This document shows, piece after piece, positions 1 through 8,320 of a stretch of DNA of 35,745 nucleotides. The stretch is from an uncultured Lachnospiraceae bacterium (GTDB taxonomy: Bacteria; Bacillota; Clostridia; Lachnospirales; Lachnospiraceae). Below the pieces are notes generated by a model. That model made no database searches, was not told the DNA's origin, and saw nothing but the letters and a program-made list of their open reading frames with translations. The stretch covers positions 1 through 35,745 of the forward strand of contig CAZZHJ010000002.1 in the NCBI GenBank assembly GCA_964653815.1, written 5' to 3'. Numbering within the stretch: position 1 is the first letter of the stretch; the number at the start of each line of letters is the position of its first letter. The position numbers were made by a program, and so were the translations under genes.

Positions 1-2
1 CT

Positions 3-1298
3 TTTGACGGTTCCTGGGGATATCAAGTTACAGGTTATTATGCACCTACTTCCCGCTATGGAACGCCGCAGGATTTTATGTATCTGGTAAATACCTTGCA
101 CAAAAATAAAATCGGCGTCATATTGGACTGGGTACCGGCGCACTTTCCGCGGGATGCTTTCGGACTTGCAGAATTTGACGGCTCATGTCTGTATGAACAT
201 CCCGATCCCAGAAGAGGGGAACATCCTGACTGGGGAACCAAAATATTTAATTATGCGAAGAATGAGGTCCGCAACTTTTTGATAGCCAACGCTATGTTCT
301 GGGTGGACAAGTTCCATGTAGATGGTTTGAGAGTGGATGCGGTAGCTTCCATGCTCTATCTGGATTATGGAAAGAGAGACGGTCAATGGCTGCCCAATGA
401 GTACGGCAACAACAAAAATCTGGATGCAATTGAATTTTTCCGTCATTTAAACAGCGCTATGCAGAAGCGTTTCCCGGGAACCATGATGATTGCCGAAGAA
501 TCTACGGCATGGCCTATGGTAACAGGAGATGTTAAAGAAGGCGGTCTGGGCTTTACATTTAAATGGAATATGGGCTGGATGCATGATTTCTGTGAATACA
601 TGAAGCTGGATCCTCTCTTTAGAAAAGACAACCATTATAAAATGACCTTTGCCATGAGTTATAACAATAGTGAAAATTATATTCTGCCATTGTCTCATGA
701 TGAGGTAGTGCATTTGAAGTGCTCCATGTTAAAGAAGATGCCGGGCTTTTATGTAGATAAATTTGCAAATCTGAGAGTGGGTTACACTTATATGTTTACC
801 CATTCCGGCAAGAAGCTGTTATTTATGGGACAGGAGTTTGGTCAGGATAACGAGTGGAATGAAGCGAAGGAACTTGACTGGAGCCTTTTATCCGATGACT
901 TACACAGTTCCATGAAATATTATGTTTCCAAGTTGTTGGAGCTTTACCGTAAATATCCCTGTCTGTATGAAATTGATAATGACTGGGGCGGCTTTGAGTG
1001 GATGAATGCCGATGATATGGAGCAGAGTACTTACAGCTATGTGAGAAAAGCTTCTAACGGTAAAAACAACTTATTGGTTGTATTAAACATGACACCAATG
1101 GAGAGGAAGGAATTTACAGTAGGTGTTCCGAAGAAGAAAAAGTATAAACTGCTTTTAAATTCTGATGATACCTGTTTTGGAGGAAATGGCAGGGAGATTC
1201 CGAAAGAGATCACCGCAAAGGCAAAAGAAGCGGATGGAAAGCCTTATTCCCTGACTTTTGACCTTCCGCCGTATGGAGCGGCCGTTTTCCAGTTTTAA
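3..1298 (+). CDS. glgB: 1,4-alpha-glucan branching enzyme (5'-truncated by window edge)
   Basis: Frame is open from nt 3 ([20 protein letters not shown]). GH13 motifs present: [17 protein letters not shown] (nucleophile Asp), IAEES (acid/base Glu), LSHDEVVH. Confidence 0.97.
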   Translation, partial: FDGSWGYQVTGYYAPTSRYGTPQDFMYLVNTLHKNKIGVILDWVPAHFPRDAFGLAEFDGSCLYEHPDPRRGEHPDWGTKIFNYAKNEVRNFLIANAMFWVDKFHVDGLRVDAVASMLYLDYGKRDGQWLPNEYGNNKNLDAIEFFRHLNSAMQKRFPGTMMIAEESTAWPMVTGDVKEGGLGFTFKWNMGWMHDFCEYMKLDPLFRKDNHYKMTFAMSYNNSENYILPLSHDEVVHLKCSMLKKMPGFYVDKFANLRVGYTYMFTHSGKKLLFMGQEFGQDNEWNEAKELDWSLLSDDLHSSMKYYVSKLLELYRKYPCLYEIDNDWGGFEWMNADDMEQSTYSYVRKASNGKNNLLVVLNMTPMERKEFTVGVPKKKKYKLLLNSDDTCFGGNGREIPKEITAKAKEADGKPYSLTFDLPPYGAAVFQF

Positions 1299-1307
1299 TG
1301 ACAGGGT

Positions 1308-1334
1308 TAACGGAATTCTTAAAAATGCCGAAAT
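1308..1334 (+). promoter_or_regulatory. Putative sigma-28/SigD promoter for the DUF6240-flagellin-fliS unit
   Basis: TAAC-N15-GCCGAAAT versus the consensus TAAA-N15-GCCGATAT, directly upstream of a flagellar unit. Confidence 0.6.
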
Positions 1335-1336
1335 AT

Positions 1337-1367
1337 AGGGTGAATGCTTTTTGCATTCACCCTTTTT
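1337..1367 (+). terminator. Intrinsic terminator after glgB
   Basis: Perfect 11-bp stem AGGGTGAATGC / GCATTCACCCT, 5-nt loop, followed by TTTT. Confidence 0.8.
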
Positions 1368-1408
1368 AATGCAACCGGTATCTTAACCGAAAACGGAGGA
1401 TATAGACT

Positions 1409-4387
1409 ATGAATGTGGCAATTAACCAGACAGAGCAATATAAAGAAAATGTCCATGTAAAAGGGACTTACAAAGGTCATGAAGGTTATGGGAAAAATGT
1501 AAAGGACAATTCTTCTGCTCCGGACAGTTTTCACTGGGATAAGTCTTCTTCCGCTGTAGGCAATAAAGCTTATCGGGAAGATAAAAATAAAGCAGAAGAT
1601 ATTTTATCGGATGCATCTCTCCATGATGCAAAGAACAGTAAAAACTATATGGTGGTTATGTCTAATACTCTTTCCGATGAAGATTATAAGAAGCTTCAAG
1701 AAAACGGGGGAAATCCAGGTGATTATGAACCGGGGGAAATGGTAACGGTTATTGATGAGATAAAAGTGACGCTGGCCCGTGCCGGAGTTCACATCGCAGG
1801 ATATACGGATGATCTGGATGAAAATGCAGTAAAAGAAGCAGTGGGAAATGAGGCTTATGCTGCTGCCATAGCACATGCTTTGGAATCCAGGAATCTGCCT
1901 GTTACGGAAAAGAATATTAAAGATTGTTATAATGAAATAGAGAAGGCGTCTCATATAACAGAACTTTCTGATGGCGCCAAAAAATATTTGCTGGAAAATG
2001 ATTTGGATCTGACTATTGATTCATTGTATAAAGCATCTTATGCCGGTGCAAAAGATGCATCAGCACAGCCTGCCGGTTATTTTGGGGCAGGAGCGGAAGG
2101 TTATCTGGCGAAAAAAGGTACAGTAGAAGACCTGTCCGCCATGGATGAGCAGATTAAAAAGGTAATTGAAGGGGCAGGATTGGAAGCTGATCAGGAAACC
2201 ATGGAAAATGCCAGATGGCTTTTGGAAAAGGGACTACCGCTTACAGAAGAGAATTTATTCCGCCTGCAGCAGATGAATACACTTTCTTTTCCCATAAAAG
2301 CAGAGGAAGCAGCGCTGGCGGCAGCAGATGCCCTGACAGTAGGACTTTCTGCCAAGGACGCAGATTTATCCGTAGGTGACGGATATAAGGAAGATGACCA
2401 GGGATATATTAAAAAGGCACAGGAACTGGATGAGAAAACGAAAGCTTTGACAGATGAAGATTTGGAGAATGCTGTCAGAAGAGGGAAATCGTTAACTTTA
2501 TTCCAGTTATTTCAGATGGGAAGATTTAGGGGGACAGAGGCTGATGACGCTGCGCCCGAGGATAAGCATCTGATCAGCGCAAAAAGGCAATTGGTGGAGA
2601 TTCAGCTCCGTATGAGCGCCCAGGCGAATCTTAAATTAATGAAGCAGGGAATTCATATTGAGCTGGAGCCCTTAGATAAATTATTAGGACTTTTAGAAAG
2701 AGAAGAAAGCCTGTTCCATTCCACAGAGCTTGCGGAGGTTTCCACACGGGCGGAGGAAATTAAAAATATGCCGGCTGCGGCTATTGGTATTTCTGTCCGT
2801 GAAGAGTGGATGATAAACAGAGTCTTTACCTTAGACAGAGTCTATGAAGCAGGAAAATCCCTTGCACAGACTTATGCAAAGGCAGGGGAGACTTACGAAG
2901 CGTTAATGACTGCGCCCCGGGCTGATTTAGGGGATTCCATTAAAGATGCTTTCCGCAATGTGGATGAACTTTTGAATGAGAGTTCCATGGAGTCTTCGGA
3001 AGACAATCGGAGAGCGGTTCGGATTCTCGGATACAATCAAATGGAAATTACAAAAGAAAATATAGAGGCTGTTAAAGAAGCGGATGCCATGTTAAACAGA
3101 GTGCTTTCCAATCTTACGCCGGAAAAGACATTGAGAATGATTCGTGACGGAAAGAACCCCCTGGAAATGAATCTGGACGAATTGTGGGGTTATTTATCCG
3201 AAAGCGGAGGAGATGTTGGAGATATTGAAAAGTACAGCAGTTATCTGCGCCGTCTGGAGCAAAATAAAGAGATTTTGCCGGAAGAAAAAGAAGCATACAT
3301 AGGAATTTACCGCCTGCTGAGACAGATTGAAAAAGGCGATGGGGCGGCAATCGGTACAGTAGTTTCCAATAAACAGGATTTAAATCTGCAGAACCTGTTA
3401 AGTGCAGTCAGAACCCGGAAGAAAGGTTATGTGGATGCAAAGGTTGACGATGCCTTTGGTCTTTTAGAGGATATAGAAAGAAACGGAACTTCCATTTCAG
3501 ATCAGATTTTAAATTATTATCAGCAGAAAGCAGGAAAACTGGCAGACGATATGGGAAGGTCTGACGGGGAGGCGGAGAATGCTCCTGATTATGATGAAAT
3601 AGAACAATTCCGCAGTATGGGAGCAGTATCCGAAGAACATTTCAATGCTTTATTGAATGACGAAATTCCTCTTACGGCAAATAATATATTGGCACAGGAG
3701 GCGTTGATGTCACAGGGCAGCCTGTTTACAGACCTGGTGAAGATGGCAAAAGCGGATAGAAAGGAAGAAAGTCTTTTCAGGAAATTTGAACATTTGCAGG
3801 ATGCCATGGATGAAGGGGAGCCGGCTGTAAAAGAAGCATATGAAGATATGGCGAAAGAAGCTACAGAGGTTGTAAAGAACCGTGCGGCGGAAAGCGGCAG
3901 TTATATTGATGTCAGGTCTATGGCAGTTTCTGCAAGGCAGATAGAAATTATTAGCAAACATGCAAGAAAAGAGAATTATTATGTACCTGTCCGCACGTCG
4001 CAGGATTGGACTATGGTCCATGTTCAGATTGTAAGCGGAAAAGGACAGGGAAAGGTTTCTGTGGATTACAGAGGTAGTGAGGAAGGTATGGGTAGAGCAG
4101 GAGCGACCTTCGTAGTGAAGGAAACCCATATAGAAGGCCTTATTGGCGTATCGGAAAGCCGGGATGTGGATAAATATACAGAAATTGCCGGAAAATGTGC
4201 AGAAGAAATACTTGCCAAAACCGGAAAAGAAGCCGATATAACTTGTGTACACAGTGAAACGATGAATCTGGATGCTTTTATGACGGCAGATGCAGGAGAA
4301 AAACAGACATCCACTAAAATGCTGTATCAGGTGGCAAAGGCATTCATTCATGTAATAGAACAGGAGGTTACACAAAATGAGAGTTAA
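1409..4387 (+). CDS. Large flagellar-associated protein (DUF6240-like), possible FliK-like C-terminal domain
   Basis: 992-aa acidic ORF with GGAGG RBS. Repeated L-x3-(L/I)-P/x-(L/V/I)-T-x2-N-(I/L) motif. Overlaps the flagellin start. Family recalled from Lachnospiraceae gene context, not searched. Confidence 0.65.
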   Translation: MNVAINQTEQYKENVHVKGTYKGHEGYGKNVKDNSSAPDSFHWDKSSSAVGNKAYREDKNKAEDILSDASLHDAKNSKNYMVVMSNTLSDEDYKKLQENGGNPGDYEPGEMVTVIDEIKVTLARAGVHIAGYTDDLDENAVKEAVGNEAYAAAIAHALESRNLPVTEKNIKDCYNEIEKASHITELSDGAKKYLLENDLDLTIDSLYKASYAGAKDASAQPAGYFGAGAEGYLAKKGTVEDLSAMDEQIKKVIEGAGLEADQETMENARWLLEKGLPLTEENLFRLQQMNTLSFPIKAEEAALAAADALTVGLSAKDADLSVGDGYKEDDQGYIKKAQELDEKTKALTDEDLENAVRRGKSLTLFQLFQMGRFRGTEADDAAPEDKHLISAKRQLVEIQLRMSAQANLKLMKQGIHIELEPLDKLLGLLEREESLFHSTELAEVSTRAEEIKNMPAAAIGISVREEWMINRVFTLDRVYEAGKSLAQTYAKAGETYEALMTAPRADLGDSIKDAFRNVDELLNESSMESSEDNRRAVRILGYNQMEITKENIEAVKEADAMLNRVLSNLTPEKTLRMIRDGKNPLEMNLDELWGYLSESGGDVGDIEKYSSYLRRLEQNKEILPEEKEAYIGIYRLLRQIEKGDGAAIGTVVSNKQDLNLQNLLSAVRTRKKGYVDAKVDDAFGLLEDIERNGTSISDQILNYYQQKAGKLADDMGRSDGEAENAPDYDEIEQFRSMGAVSEEHFNALLNDEIPLTANNILAQEALMSQGSLFTDLVKMAKADRKEESLFRKFEHLQDAMDEGEPAVKEAYEDMAKEATEVVKNRAAESGSYIDVRSMAVSARQIEIISKHARKENYYVPVRTSQDWTMVHVQIVSGKGQGKVSVDYRGSEEGMGRAGATFVVKETHIEGLIGVSESRDVDKYTEIAGKCAEEILAKTGKEADITCVHSETMNLDAFMTADAGEKQTSTKMLYQVAKAFIHVIEQEVTQNES

Positions 4388-5498
4388 TTATAATGTTTCC
4401 GCATTGATTGCTAACAAATCCTTAAACCAGAATGATAACAAGTTATCAAGTGCGTCCGAAAGATTATCTACAGGTTATAAAATTAATCACGCAAAGGATA
4501 ATCCGTCAGGTCTTGCTATTGCAAAAAGAATGAATATGCAGCTTAGAGGATTAAGCGATGCATCCCAGAACGCATCAGATGGTGTTTCCATTGTCCAGAC
4601 AGCAGAAGGTGCTCTTCAGGAAATCCAGGAGATGATACAGCGTATGAATGAGCTGGCAGTACAGGGGGCTAACGGAACCTACTCGGAAAAAGAGCGGGAA
4701 ATGATAGATATGGAAATAAGCCAGCTGAAAGAAGAAATCGAGAGAATTGCCCAAGATACAGACTTTAATGGGAAAAGGCTGTTAAATGGGGACTGTGATT
4801 TAAAGGGATATACCGATGCCCAGGGAGTAAAGGTTACCTATTATGCAGACGAGGTTCCTGTTGGAAAATACACGGTTTCTGCTATTAATCCTACATATGA
4901 TGCAGATGGAAATCTTATGGATGGTTCGGTTACTCTTTTGCAAGACGGAAGCGATACGGCATTTCCGGATGATGCGAATATATCTTATGATGGAAATAAA
5001 GCAACAATAACAGCAGCCAATAGTTTTGAAGTAACTATTTCATTGGATACAACAATCACAACTGCATCTGCTGATGGAAGTATTACTTTGGATTTAACAG
5101 GCCTTGGCGCTATGAGAATGCAGATAGGTGCCAATGAGGGTGAGGTAATGGAAATCCGTATTCCTACCATGTCCTTGGAAACCTTAAAATTGGATAAAGC
5201 GGACTTTACTACAAAGGAAGGCGCTGTAAAAGCAATTGGTTTGACGAAAGATGCAAACGCTTATATATCTAAAATCAGGAGCCGTTTAGGTGCATATCAA
5301 AACCGTTTGGAGCATACATCCAAAAGCCTGGATATTACAGAGGAGAATGTTACGGGCGCATATTCCCGTATGATGGATACGGATATGGCGGAAGAGATGA
5401 CGGAATATACCAACCTTCAGGTATTGACACAGGCAGGCATTTCCATGCTGTCACAGGCAAACGAGAGACCACAGCAGGTATTACAGTTATTACAGTAG
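4377..5498 (+). CDS. fliC: Flagellin
   Basis: N-terminal ERLSTGYKINHAKDNPSGLAIA and IQRMNELAVQGANGT; C-terminal RSRLGAYQNRLEH and QAGISMLSQAN...VLQLLQ; AGGAGG RBS. Confidence 0.97.
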   Translation: MRVNYNVSALIANKSLNQNDNKLSSASERLSTGYKINHAKDNPSGLAIAKRMNMQLRGLSDASQNASDGVSIVQTAEGALQEIQEMIQRMNELAVQGANGTYSEKEREMIDMEISQLKEEIERIAQDTDFNGKRLLNGDCDLKGYTDAQGVKVTYYADEVPVGKYTVSAINPTYDADGNLMDGSVTLLQDGSDTAFPDDANISYDGNKATITAANSFEVTISLDTTITTASADGSITLDLTGLGAMRMQIGANEGEVMEIRIPTMSLETLKLDKADFTTKEGAVKAIGLTKDANAYISKIRSRLGAYQNRLEHTSKSLDITEENVTGAYSRMMDTDMAEEMTEYTNLQVLTQAGISMLSQANERPQQVLQLLQ

Positions 5499-5507
5499 GT
5501 GTAAGAT

Positions 5508-5984
5508 ATGAAAGACGAGTTAAAGCAGCAATATGCCCTTAGGATTACACAGGCAAATAAAACAGGACTTGTGGTTATTTTATATGAGATGTTCCTTACA
5601 TACATTGATGATGCGAAGATGGATTTAAAGGGACAGGATAACAAGACCTTTCGTAGTAATATCCAGCGGGCAAGAGGTTGTCTGAAAGAATTGATGGGTT
5701 CTTTGAATTATGATTATGAGCTGGCATCTAATCTCTTAAAGCTCTATATCTATGTGAGCAAACTGTTGGTAACGGCAGACTTACATAAAGATGAAAAGGC
5801 TCTTGATGAAGCATGTAAAATTATGCAGAAGCTTCATGATGCATATGAGACAATCAGTAAAGAGGACCATAGCGCTCCGGTGATGGGAAATACCCAGACT
5901 GTTTATGCAGGTCTTACCTATTCTAAAAATGATTTAACCGTCAATTTAGATGAAGGTGGAGGAAGCAGGGGGTTCTTCGTATAA
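5508..5984 (+). CDS. fliS: Flagellar export chaperone FliS
   Basis: ITQANKTGLVVILYE, ELMGSLN and LASNLLKLYIY pattern typical of FliS; immediately follows flagellin. Confidence 0.88.
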   Translation: MKDELKQQYALRITQANKTGLVVILYEMFLTYIDDAKMDLKGQDNKTFRSNIQRARGCLKELMGSLNYDYELASNLLKLYIYVSKLLVTADLHKDEKALDEACKIMQKLHDAYETISKEDHSAPVMGNTQTVYAGLTYSKNDLTVNLDEGGGSRGFFV

Positions 5985-6251
5985 AGATTCAGCAATTTCA
6001 GCAGGCGGCAAATCTAATTTGTCTGCCTGCTGTTTTAAAAATTTGTAACGTTTTAAAACAGCATTCACTTCATAAATATAGCAGTCAATCAGGTCAGGGT
6101 CAGTTACATTATCAAAATTTGAATAAGCAGCATCCATGGCCTGTTTTGTTTTTTTCATTTCTTCCATCAGACGCTGTCTTTGCAGATCACGGCAAGCTTT
6201 TTCGTCAGGCTCTTTTTTTGCAGCCCAGAAGGGTTTAATAAATAACTTCAT
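5946..6251 (-). CDS. yaaL: YaaL / DUF2508 family sporulation-associated protein
   Basis: AYSNFDNVTDPDLIDCYIYEVNA...RYKFL motif; GGAGG RBS upstream on the minus strand; adjacent to bofA. Confidence 0.85.
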   Translation of the reverse strand: MKLFIKPFWAAKKEPDEKACRDLQRQRLMEEMKKTKQAMDAAYSNFDNVTDPDLIDCYIYEVNAVLKRYKFLKQQADKLDLPPAEIAESLYEEPPASSTFI

Positions 6252-6318
6252 TTACTACCTCCGCATTTCCATAATTCAGTATTCCCGATTAAAATCAGAA
6301 TCATACATACCCTATACC

Positions 6319-6346
6319 ATTGTATGTTTTAAGAATGAAATAATGC
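6319..6346 (-). promoter_or_regulatory. Putative SigE promoter for yaaL
   Basis: Minus strand reads GCATTAT-N13-CATACAAT; the -10 matches the SigE consensus CATACAHT. Confidence 0.55.
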
Positions 6347-6361
6347 AGGTACACATATAAT
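6333..6361 (+). promoter_or_regulatory. Putative SigE promoter for bofA
   Basis: GAATGAA-N14-CATATAAT; bofA is SigE-controlled in Bacillus subtilis. Confidence 0.5.
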
Positions 6362-6394
6362 TTAGCAAAAGAAATTAAGTAAAGGATAAAAGCT

Positions 6395-6703
6395 ATGGAT
6401 GAAATGAAGCTATGGTTTATCCGGAATCTGGGGATGAAAGAATCTGATTTCTGGGGTGTAATCATTATTTTTTCCGTATGTGCAGTAGTCTGTCTGATTA
6501 CATATATGAAGAAAAAAGCCGGGTTTTTAACAGGATGTCTTGTCCGTATGGTCATCGGCATTGCATTGATTTTCTTTGCAAATTATCTGTTTCAGATAAA
6601 CGGGGTAGGGCTTTCTGTAGGGATTGGTCCCATAAGTATATTGACAAGCGCAATCCTAGGTATTCCGGGGGTTTGTCTGCTCTATGGTATTCTTTTAATT
6701 TAA
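6395..6703 (+). CDS. bofA: Pro-sigmaK processing inhibitor BofA family protein
   Basis: Small hydrophobic protein ending VGIGPISILTSAILGIPGVCLLY (BofA-type LGIPG motif); next to yaaL. Confidence 0.82.
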   Translation: MDEMKLWFIRNLGMKESDFWGVIIIFSVCAVVCLITYMKKKAGFLTGCLVRMVIGIALIFFANYLFQINGVGLSVGIGPISILTSAILGIPGVCLLYGILLI

Positions 6704-6749
6704 AAAAATATACAATGTTCACAAAAAATCTTTTTTTATAAAAAAGGTA

Positions 6750-6778
6750 TTTACAGGTTAAAATCCCTGTACTATAAT
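6750..6778 (+). promoter_or_regulatory. SigA-type promoter of the tad operon
   Basis: TTTACA-N17-TATAAT. Confidence 0.75.
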
Positions 6779-6869
6779 CCATTTTACAAACAAATTCATA
6801 AGCAACTCAAAAGTCCGTTTCGGACAGGTTTTCCAATTTGTTTCAAATTAAATATAGGAGATAAGGAAT

Positions 6870-7310
6870 ATGTTATTACTTTATAGCATATTGATCATCG
6901 CCCTCTTTACAGATTTTTATAAATGCCGTATTTATAACTGGCTGATTTTAGCAGGATATTTTGCCGGGTTTTGCCATTGCCTTTGCAATCAAGAAGTATG
7001 GTACATTTCCCTGGGAGACAGTCTTTTTACATTAGCGATTCTGTATCCGCTTTTTGTAATAGGAGCCTTCGGAGGAGGCGATATCAAGTTATTTATGGTG
7101 ATTGCCCTGTTTTTTGGATTGGAAGGAACCCTTAATATCATCATTTCATCCGTTATGGCAGGAGCGGTTCTTTCGATTCTGAAAATCATATTCATTCTGT
7201 TTCAAAAGAAAAATATTTCTTTGGCACATCTTTATATTCATTTTTCATTACCCATTTTAATCGGGACAATTCTAATACATCAAGGAGGCATACAATGGAT
7301 AACGTTTTAG
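6870..7310 (+). CDS. cpaA: Prepilin peptidase, A24 family (CpaA/TadV-like) #1
   Basis: Membrane protein with both catalytic Asp motifs: TDFYKCRIYN and GAFGGGDIKL. Confidence 0.88.
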   Translation: MLLLYSILIIALFTDFYKCRIYNWLILAGYFAGFCHCLCNQEVWYISLGDSLFTLAILYPLFVIGAFGGGDIKLFMVIALFFGLEGTLNIIISSVMAGAVLSILKIIFILFQKKNISLAHLYIHFSLPILIGTILIHQGGIQWITF

Positions 7311-8320
7311 CAATTTTTGATTCCGAAAAAAATTATATTAAGAAACTGGCAGCTTTTTTTGAAAGTCGTACCACAATGCCATTCAGTGTTTTGGCCTTTG
7401 ATAATCCTGAAAAGCTGACACGTCATTTTTCAGAAAACAAGGCGGCAGTACTGCTGGTCCACAAAAAGAAATGGCAGCCATCCATAAGGGAGCTGGCAAA
7501 CCAGATTATTTTGTTAGTTGAAGAAAAGGAAGAGGAACGTCTGGAATCGGATTTCACGGAAAGCCAACTGCCGGCAGTATGTAAATACCAGTCGGGAGAG
7601 GCTATAGCTAAAAAAATTCTGAGTATATGTTCTGTGGCAAAAGCGCCTCTTCTGCCTGAATATCAGATAGAATGTGCAAACAGCACCAGGGCCGAGGTTA
7701 TAGGAGTTTATACACCGGTAGGACGAAGCCTGCAGACCTCCTTTGCAATTACTTACAGCCGCCTTCGGGCCAATGCCCAAAAGACATTATACTTAAATTT
7801 TGAAGTATTTTCAGGGTTTGGGGCTTGGTTTGAAAGAAAATATGAAACAGATTTAATGGACTTAATGTATTTTCTGGATGGACCTACGGATAAATTTTTA
7901 TTGAAACTTGCGGGAATGAGTGAAAAATTTGGCGGGCTTGATTATATACCGCCTGCCATTTCATATGAGGATTTTATGCTGGTAAAGGCAAAAGAATGGA
8001 TACGGCTAATTCAGACTATTGCGGAAAAAAGCGATTATGAGGTTATCGTATTAGATTTGGGTTCCCAGATGCAGGGATTATTCGATATCTTATCCCTTTG
8101 TAAAAGAATCTATACCATTACCAGACAGGATGGAATTGCAATGGCAAAAATAAATGCCTATGAAAAAGCGTTGCAAATGTCCCAAAAGCAGGGAGTCCTG
8201 AATAAAACGGTAAAATGCAATTTGCCTGTTTTTCAAAGAATACCCCAGAAAGCGGCCGACCTTGGGTGCAGCCAGCTGGCGGACTATATGAGAAAAGAAC
8301 TGAGAGAGGTATTTTCATGA
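7295..8320 (+). CDS. CpaE/TadZ-like protein (pseudo-receiver plus degenerate ParA/MinD-type ATPase)
   Basis: N-terminal LAIFDSEKNY receiver-like start; VIGVYTPVGRSLQTSFA Walker-A-like region; YEVIVLDLG Walker-B-like region; precedes cpaF. Confidence 0.75.
   Translation: MDNVLAIFDSEKNYIKKLAAFFESRTTMPFSVLAFDNPEKLTRHFSENKAAVLLVHKKKWQPSIRELANQIILLVEEKEEERLESDFTESQLPAVCKYQSGEAIAKKILSICSVAKAPLLPEYQIECANSTRAEVIGVYTPVGRSLQTSFAITYSRLRANAQKTLYLNFEVFSGFGAWFERKYETDLMDLMYFLDGPTDKFLLKLAGMSEKFGGLDYIPPAISYEDFMLVKAKEWIRLIQTIAEKSDYEVIVLDLGSQMQGLFDILSLCKRIYTITRQDGIAMAKINAYEKALQMSQKQGVLNKTVKCNLPVFQRIPQKAADLGCSQLADYMRKELREVFS

Noticed and set aside
1367-1393. Second SigD-like promoter TAAT-N15-ACCGAAAA
   Set aside because: The start site would fall within or after the GGAGG RBS at 1395-1399, and the match is weaker.
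3710-4375. 221-aa minus-strand ORF and other short antisense ORFs (e.g. 14367-14723, 20790-21203, 28089-28580, 33663-34034)
   Set aside because: These are shadows of well-supported + strand genes, with atypical composition and no motifs.
6780-6869. c-di-GMP riboswitch upstream of the pilus operon
   Set aside because: I cannot find the class I (GGCAAA...GCAAAGC) or class II core motifs, and the leader is short.
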